Sequence record: NC_054932.1
Source of the DNA: Escherichia phage teqdroes
Direction: 5' to 3' (one strand)
DNA length: 64,000 bases
The number at the start of each line of letters is the position of its first letter. Positions within the stretch are counted from its first letter, which is position 1. A program made the position numbers and the translations under genes. Below are positions 59,190 to 64,000 of this stretch, in pieces. Below the pieces are notes generated by a model. It saw only the letters and a program-made list of their open reading frames with translations. It had not been told where the DNA came from and ran no database searches.

Positions 59190-59798
59190 ATGAAAATGCA
59201 AAGTGATTTCAATTCAATGTTTGAAGAATTCCAAAGACAAGTTGATGTTCCAGACCAATTATTAAATGCTCTTAAACGTATGGCAGAAGGACGTAATTAT
59301 TATTGGGGTTCTTCATATGAAACTGATGAAAGTCTTTCTGGAAGATTTTCTAGAGGTAAAAAGTCTTTAATACGTCCTGGAATACTTATTAACAGTATTG
59401 AATCAATTCATTCATTGACATGTGATTTTGATGTTGAATTTACTGATTTCATTTCTCCTGAATGGTCAGTTTGTTATTTAAACGACGATTTTGATTATCT
59501 CGGTGTTTATAGTTTAAGTGATGCATGGTTTAAACGTAATTTACAAAAGTCAAATTTATTTTATATTGATACTACTGTAAAATTTCGGGGCAAGAAATAT
59601 TTCTTTACTCTTATAGTTGATTCTGAAACTAAGCATGAAAATAAGCGTATTCTTAGTAAAAAGAATATCTTAACTATTGTTGATGATCTTTTTGATAAAT
59701 TCGTGGAAAATCCTAGTTTTGAAAGCGATTTATTACTAGAAAAATTTGTTAAGGAATGTAGAGAATATGTCAAAGCCATCAATGTATCTTCCAAGTAA
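59190..59798 (+). CDS. hypothetical protein (202 aa), C-terminal FVKECREY tail
   Basis: ORF with GGAG RBS; 3' end overlaps next gene start. Confidence 0.5.
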   Translation: MKMQSDFNSMFEEFQRQVDVPDQLLNALKRMAEGRNYYWGSSYETDESLSGRFSRGKKSLIRPGILINSIESIHSLTCDFDVEFTDFISPEWSVCYLNDDFDYLGVYSLSDAWFKRNLQKSNLFYIDTTVKFRGKKYFFTLIVDSETKHENKRILSKKNILTIVDDLFDKFVENPSFESDLLLEKFVKECREYVKAINVSSK

Positions 59799-60159
59799 AC
59801 CCTTAAAGTATGAATTAAAGCGCCAGCTAATTTCTACTGATGTATTAATAGGTCCTGTAATAGCTGTATCATTTGTAATTCTACTGGGGGTTGGAATAGT
59901 TATAGATGTTATGACTGATATTGAATCTAATATAATATTTGCGTCAACATTAATTCTTCCAATGATAGTTCCATTTTTATTAATACCTGTAAATTGGGTA
60001 GGATACTGGTATCAAGGAAGGCATTATCGTAAACGCGTACGTGATTGGAAAGCACAGTGTAAAAAGATTAAAAAGGAACATCAGCTTAAACTTGCTGCGT
60101 ATGAATTTGATGAAATTATGAAATTTGTTAAGGAATCACGATGCAAAAGCCAAAACTAA
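59767..60159 (+). CDS. small 2-TM membrane protein, C-terminal FVKESRCK tail
   Basis: ATG at 59767 with AAGGAA RBS (ORF track starts at upstream TTG); two hydrophobic helices. Confidence 0.5.
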   Translation: MSKPSMYLPSKPLKYELKRQLISTDVLIGPVIAVSFVILLGVGIVIDVMTDIESNIIFASTLILPMIVPFLLIPVNWVGYWYQGRHYRKRVRDWKAQCKKIKKEHQLKLAAYEFDEIMKFVKESRCKSQN

Positions 60160-60503
60160 ATAAAGTCAAATATTCGCTTCCTGAGTCATTTTTAATTTTT
60201 GCTGTGGCGTTGGCTGCAGCTCTTGCGGGTAGTCTTTTTGGATTGTTAATTGACTGTCTTATTTTAAACATTGACGGCACAGTAAATATAATAGAAGTTT
60301 GGAGTGAACTTCACTATACTAAAATTATTTCATTATTTTCATTCTTTGGTACCATGTTATATTTTCATTATGATAATTTTAAAATAAATTGGCAAAGAAA
60401 AAAAGATTACAAAATACAATTAAAGGAATATAATAGCTACATGTCTTATATTGAAAAAGAATCAATGGAAGAGTTTGTGAGTGATTGCAGGAAAATCAAA
60501 TGA
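60141..60503 (+). CDS. small 2-TM membrane protein, C-terminal FVSDCRKIK tail
   Basis: ATG 60141 with AAGGAA RBS embedded in upstream gene; two hydrophobic helices. Confidence 0.5.
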   Translation: MQKPKLNKVKYSLPESFLIFAVALAAALAGSLFGLLIDCLILNIDGTVNIIEVWSELHYTKIISLFSFFGTMLYFHYDNFKINWQRKKDYKIQLKEYNSYMSYIEKESMEEFVSDCRKIK

Positions 60504-60988
60504 TTTTAAAAACTCGCTGGTATGATTTAGATGACGGGGATGATGGCATTTCAGTTGATAGAGTTGACTGGAATGGCTGTTCCGAAGATATGAAAAATTT
60601 GCTGATTAGGGAGTTTAGAATGGGATATCAACCAGTTAAGCCATCTACTGCAACAGATGATAAATTCGTGTGTATTCATAATGGTCGCGCTAAATTAACG
60701 AACGCTGATTGGTTCACAGATAAAATTATGATTCTGTGGTACATTATTAGTTTTCCTGTGACATCATTTGTATTTTGCTTCTTTGGAGAAAGTCCAGTAG
60801 ACAGAACGGGAGATTGGATTATTTTAACCATACTTGTTAATATTTTTACAGCAGCAATACTATCTGGGATATGGTACACGTTCATTGAAATGCCATGGCG
60901 TTTACGCAGACAACAAAAGATTTTTGATGAAAAGAAATATACCCAAAATTTAAATAGCTTTATCACTGAATGCAGGAAATTAAAATGA
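60500..60988 (+). CDS. small 2-TM membrane protein, C-terminal FITECRKLK tail
   Basis: ATG 60500 in ATGA overlap with upstream stop (ORF track starts at TTG 60485); AGGAAA RBS. Confidence 0.5.
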   Translation: MILKTRWYDLDDGDDGISVDRVDWNGCSEDMKNLLIREFRMGYQPVKPSTATDDKFVCIHNGRAKLTNADWFTDKIMILWYIISFPVTSFVFCFFGESPVDRTGDWIILTILVNIFTAAILSGIWYTFIEMPWRLRRQQKIFDEKKYTQNLNSFITECRKLK

Positions 60989-61425
60989 AAACATTATCAG
61001 CTGGTATTATCTTTATGACAGAAGATAAAGATTTATTTATGGGTCGGGTTACTGGTTCTCGTAAGCCTGGAATGATGGCACATCGCTGGGATATTCCAAA
61101 AGGTCGTGTAGAATGTTCTGATTTGAGCGCATTAGATGCAGCACGAAGAGAATGTTTAGAAGAGACCGGTTTTAGCAATTATAATCCAGACCTTCTAGAA
61201 GACCTAGGTGTATTTAAATATTCTAGTAATAAAGACTTACAGTTATTTTATTATACGATTCCAGTAGAGCATGAGATGTTCAGAAATTGCCATTGCGAGT
61301 CTTATTTTGAAAATAAAGATGGCGTTATGATTCCAGAGATGGACGCTTTTGCTCTTATTCCTCGTACTCAGTGGCAATATGTGATGGGTCCTTCACTTTA
61401 CCGAATAATGAACAACCTCTTTTAA
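60970..61425 (+). CDS. nudE: Nudix hydrolase
   Basis: Nudix box (GRVECSDLSALDAARRECLEETGF); directly upstream of e as in T4; start may be ATG 60985 in ATGA overlap. Confidence 0.8.
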   Translation: MQEIKMKTLSAGIIFMTEDKDLFMGRVTGSRKPGMMAHRWDIPKGRVECSDLSALDAARRECLEETGFSNYNPDLLEDLGVFKYSSNKDLQLFYYTIPVEHEMFRNCHCESYFENKDGVMIPEMDAFALIPRTQWQYVMGPSLYRIMNNLF

Positions 61426-61956
<531 letters not shown>

Positions 61957-61960
61957 AGTT

Positions 61961-61990
61961 GTTTACTTTCTCCTAGAATTGTGATAGTAT
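61961..61990 (+). promoter_or_regulatory. early promoter for denV
   Basis: GTTTAC, 18 bp, TAGTAT with GTGA extension. Confidence 0.5.
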
Positions 61991-62015
61991 ATTCACAGTT
62001 ACTTGGAGGGATAAA

Positions 62016-62432
62016 ATGACTCGTATTAATTTGACTTTAGTATCTGAACTTGCTGATCAACATTTAATCGCAGAATACCGTGAATTGCCGCGTGTTTTTG
62101 GTATAGTTCGTAAGCATGTGGCAAACGGTAAGCGCGTTAAAGATTTTAAAATATCTTCTAAATTTATTTTAGGTTCTGGTCATGTTACTTTCTTTTACGA
62201 TAAGTTAGAATTTTTGCGAAAGCGTCAATCGGACATTATAACGGAATGCTTAAAACGCGGGTTCAGTATAAAAGATACTGAAGTTCCTGACATCAGCGAT
62301 ATTCCAGTAGAATGGAAAAATGATTATAATCCATGCAAATCAGCTATTAAATTGAGTCAACAACGACTTGATGAAAAAATTTTAATGAAACCACATTGGT
62401 ATAAGTATTACGGTAAAAATATTTACATTTAA
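62016..62432 (+). CDS. denV: endonuclease V (pyrimidine dimer DNA glycosylase)
   Basis: 138-aa [20 protein letters not shown]; matches T4 endoV as I recall it. Confidence 0.9.
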   Translation: MTRINLTLVSELADQHLIAEYRELPRVFGIVRKHVANGKRVKDFKISSKFILGSGHVTFFYDKLEFLRKRQSDIITECLKRGFSIKDTEVPDISDIPVEWKNDYNPCKSAIKLSQQRLDEKILMKPHWYKYYGKNIYI

Positions 62433-62441
62433 AGGAAACAT

Positions 62442-62915
62442 ATGAAAACATATCAAGAATTTATCACTGAAGCAGCTATTAATTCTCAAATTATTGCTGA
62501 ATCTTTTACTGATCTTTTGAAATTTAAAAAAGGTCAAAAAATCACTGCTGTATTGGATGATGGTACAGAAGTTGAGATGGATGTACAGGGATATAATTAT
62601 GCAGTAGATGGAAAACTGTATAATAAATCTCATGCTAAATTTGATTCATTTGACGACTTTGTTAATACAGTTGAAGATGAAAAAACTCGTAGATCCATTG
62701 CAACTGGTGATGCTAAGGTTCTTATGGCACATGGTCATGAACGCATTCGCGCTAAACAGAATAAAATGGGTGAAGATAATTTTGCATTAGTTGGTTATCA
62801 ATCTGGTAAACAAACTTATGGCTATCAACGTACTGCTACCATGTATAACAAAAATGGTAAAATTGCCTTTGTGAATAGTAAAGGTTCTATTCAGTACGTT
62901 AAATCGTTCAAATAA
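62442..62915 (+). CDS. internal-protein-like protein with CTS (157 aa)
   Basis: N-terminus MKTYQEFITEA, a near-consensus capsid-targeting sequence. Confidence 0.55.
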   Translation: MKTYQEFITEAAINSQIIAESFTDLLKFKKGQKITAVLDDGTEVEMDVQGYNYAVDGKLYNKSHAKFDSFDDFVNTVEDEKTRRSIATGDAKVLMAHGHERIRAKQNKMGEDNFALVGYQSGKQTYGYQRTATMYNKNGKIAFVNSKGSIQYVKSFK

Positions 62916-63020
62916 GCAAATAAGAAATATGGGAACAACCTGGACCTCATGATTCTGTGAGGGATTCCCGCCAACCTGTAATAAGGTCGAGCCTGAGCGC
63001 GGTAATGGGTAAATACAGAA

Positions 63021-63608
63021 ATGGAAAATTCATGCGCCATGGAATGGCCCAAATTTAGAGATAACAAAATGAGAACATTTTTAACTGGTCCTTATCTATC
63101 CCTGATGAATGCTTTTACACACCATTCTGATGCTAGAGTAGAAGAAATTTGTAAAAACGATTATATCCCACCATTTGAAGACTTACTCAAGCAGTATTGC
63201 ACACTTCGATTAGATGGTGGCAGACAATCCGGTAAATCAACTGCTGTGACTAACTTTGCTGCTAATTGGCTGTATGATGGTGGAACAGTTATTGTTCTTT
63301 CTAATACTTCAGCTTACGCTAAAATTTCTGCAGGCCACATTAAAAAAGAATTTTCTCGTTATTCTGGCGATGATATTCGATTCCGCTTATTTACCGATTC
63401 TGTCCGTAGTTTTATCGGTAATAAAGGAAGCAAGTTCAGAGGTTTATCGCTTTCGCGGATTTTGTATATAATCGATGAGCCTGTTAAATCTCCTGATATG
63501 GATAAAATTTACGATATTCATATTGAAACTGTGCACCACTGTTGCAATAGTAAATGCTGCATTGGTGGTATTACTCGTCCACAGTTTTTCATAATCGGAA
63601 TGCAATGA
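63021..63608 (+). CDS. hypothetical small P-loop NTPase
   Basis: Walker A-like GGRQSGKST and Walker B-like ILYIIDEP; start could be ATG 63069. Confidence 0.5.
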   Translation: MENSCAMEWPKFRDNKMRTFLTGPYLSLMNAFTHHSDARVEEICKNDYIPPFEDLLKQYCTLRLDGGRQSGKSTAVTNFAANWLYDGGTVIVLSNTSAYAKISAGHIKKEFSRYSGDDIRFRLFTDSVRSFIGNKGSKFRGLSLSRILYIIDEPVKSPDMDKIYDIHIETVHHCCNSKCCIGGITRPQFFIIGMQ

Positions 63609-63934
63609 TGACAGACACACAGCTTTTCGAATATCTTTATTTTTCGCCAAAAACTATTAAAAATAAATTGGTGAATCATTTTGAAATTTTGGCAAATAAT
63701 AACGTCTTGAGCGAATTTTATCCTAAGCAATACAAATTACAAAAAGGCGTATTCAAAGGATGCAGAGTTTTGTGCACTGCTCCTAATGCAAGATTAATGA
63801 ATAAAATTCCATATTTTACCATGGAATTTATTGATGGACCTTTTAAAGGACTAATCACCCAAAGTTTAATGGCATATGATTCTGAGCCATTTTTAATTAA
63901 AGAACAGTCTTGGATAAATTTATTTTCTAATTGA
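63605..63934 (+). CDS. hypothetical protein (about 109 aa)
   Basis: ATG 63605 in ATGA overlap with upstream stop (ORF track starts further upstream at 63554). Confidence 0.45.
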   Translation: MMTDTQLFEYLYFSPKTIKNKLVNHFEILANNNVLSEFYPKQYKLQKGVFKGCRVLCTAPNARLMNKIPYFTMEFIDGPFKGLITQSLMAYDSEPFLIKEQSWINLFSN

Positions 63935-63940
63935 GGTTAT

Positions 63941-64000
63941 ATGAAAGCATATCAAATTCTTGAAGGCACACATAAAGGTACTATTTATTTTGAAGATGGT
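63941..64000 (+). CDS. CTS-like ORF, 3'-truncated by window edge
   Basis: ATG with GAGG RBS; N-terminus MKAYQILEG resembles capsid-targeting sequence; runs off window. Confidence 0.4.
   Translation, partial: MKAYQILEGTHKGTIYFEDG

Noticed and set aside
59190-60988. Conserved C-terminal tails explained purely as RBS-encoding artefact
   Set aside because: The RBS sits in different codons (KE versus RK) while the F-[VI]-x-[ED]-C-R motif is kept, so protein-level conservation is more likely; retained as a finding.

Overview
This window is a T4-like (T-even, Tevenvirinae) myovirus segment, inverted relative to the conventional T4 map. Identifications rest on my recognition of T4 protein sequences, gene order and protein lengths; no database search was run. 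Content in order: the 3' part of DNA ligase gene 30; two tandem Alt-type ADP-ribosyltransferase paralogs; baseplate hub genes 54, 48, 29, 28, 27, 51 (minus strand) and 26, 25 (plus strand); uvsY, uvsW, inh, hoc, rnlB; the late structural block 24, 23, 22, 21, 68, 67, 20, 19, 18, 17, 16, 15, 14, 13, wac, 12, 11, 10, 9, 8, 7, 6, 5.4, 5, 53 on the minus strand; then 4, 2, 3, 1, 57A, 57B, ipI on the plus strand. The last 11 kb is a hyperplastic early region: small ORFs behind repeated early-promoter/stem-loop cassettes, a 10-tRNA cluster interrupted by the GIY-YIG homing endonuclease segB, an untranslated tRNA-like RNA locus, a family of small membrane proteins, nudE, lysozyme e, denV and several proteins with internal-protein-like capsid-targeting N-termini. 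Regulatory signals are T4-typical: GTTTAC early promoters, MotA-box middle promoters, TATAAATA late promoters and GNRA/UUCG tetraloop terminators. I found no CRISPR array, rRNA, integrase or transposase. The most interesting material is the set of candidate capsid-packaged effectors (the Alt duplication plus at least five CTS-bearing proteins) and the cassette architecture of the hyperplastic region; I did not find a single clearly novel multi-gene system.
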